Part shown: one piece after another, positions 63,687 to 64,000 of the stretch | Layout of the letters: each line of letters begins with the position of its first letter | Numbering within the stretch: position 1 is the first letter of the stretch | Assembly: GCA_965205685.1 (NCBI GenBank) | Contig: OZ242174.1 | Location: 214,562 to 278,561, forward strand | Direction of reading: 5' to 3' | Origin: Gammaproteobacteria bacterium | Lineage (GTDB): Bacteria > Pseudomonadota > Gammaproteobacteria > UBA4575 | Length of the DNA: 64,000 bases | The notes under the pieces: generated by a model | Told to the model about the DNA's origin: nothing | Database searches by the model: none | Seen by the model: the letters and a program-made list of their open reading frames with translations, nothing else | Made by a program: the position numbers and the translations under genes

Positions 63687-64000
63687 ATGAGCACCGACGA
63701 CACCCTGCACCGACTTGCCGAGACCCTTGAGGCTCGCAAGCAGGCCTCACCCGAGGACTCCTACGTGGCAGCACTGTATGCGGGCGGACTCGAGGCGATG
63801 CTTGACAAGGTCCGCGAGGAAGCCCAGGAGACCGTGGAAGCGGCCGGCGGGGATCCCGAGCACCTGGTCCACGAAGTGGCCGACCTGTGGTTTCACTGCA
63901 TGGTGCTGCTGGCCTACCGGGACTTGGGTCCTGGCGCGGTGCTGGACGAGCTCGAGCGCAGGTTCGGGACCTCGGGACTTGTGGAGAAGGCACAACGCGA
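63687..64000 (+). CDS. hisE: phosphoribosyl-ATP pyrophosphatase (runs off the window end)
   Basis: Own translation: MSTDDTLHRLAETLEARK..PEDSYVAALY..KVREEA..EVADLWFHCMVLL..ELERRFG. Confidence 0.93.
   Translation, partial: MSTDDTLHRLAETLEARKQASPEDSYVAALYAGGLEAMLDKVREEAQETVEAAGGDPEHLVHEVADLWFHCMVLLAYRDLGPGAVLDELERRFGTSGLVEKAQR

Overview
High-GC gammaproteobacterial chromosomal segment; the gene mix suggests a host-associated or symbiotic lineage, which is inference only. The housekeeping backbone is ampG, xth, pyrE, argB, algC, dut, coaBC, bioF/bioB, ubiA, aroE, hemB, pyrF, hemF, tsaC, topA, def/fmt, trkA/trkH, pip, dtd and hisB-H-A-F-E. It is repeatedly interrupted by AT-richer accessory inserts: six toxin-antitoxin modules (VapBC, Xre/RES, HigB-HigA/ImmA, AbrB-Doc, HigBA, HipBA), an RloA/RloB (AbiL-like) pair, a Zur-boxed zinc uptake operon lacking an ATPase, three tandem outer-membrane beta-barrels, and a Slam (type XI secretion) exporter with TbpB-barrel lipoproteins. 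The best candidate for a new system is a 4.6-kb AT-rich island (38279-42878) bounded by a 126-bp duplicate of the 3' end of an OMP gene. It carries a tight operon HigB-like / HTH-ImmA metallopeptidase / Nmad2-like protein / uncharacterised internally duplicated Zn-finger-HxH protein, a plausible undescribed defence module. No rRNA, tRNA, CRISPR array or integrase/transposase was recognised. All family calls come from motif recognition by eye, not from database searches.
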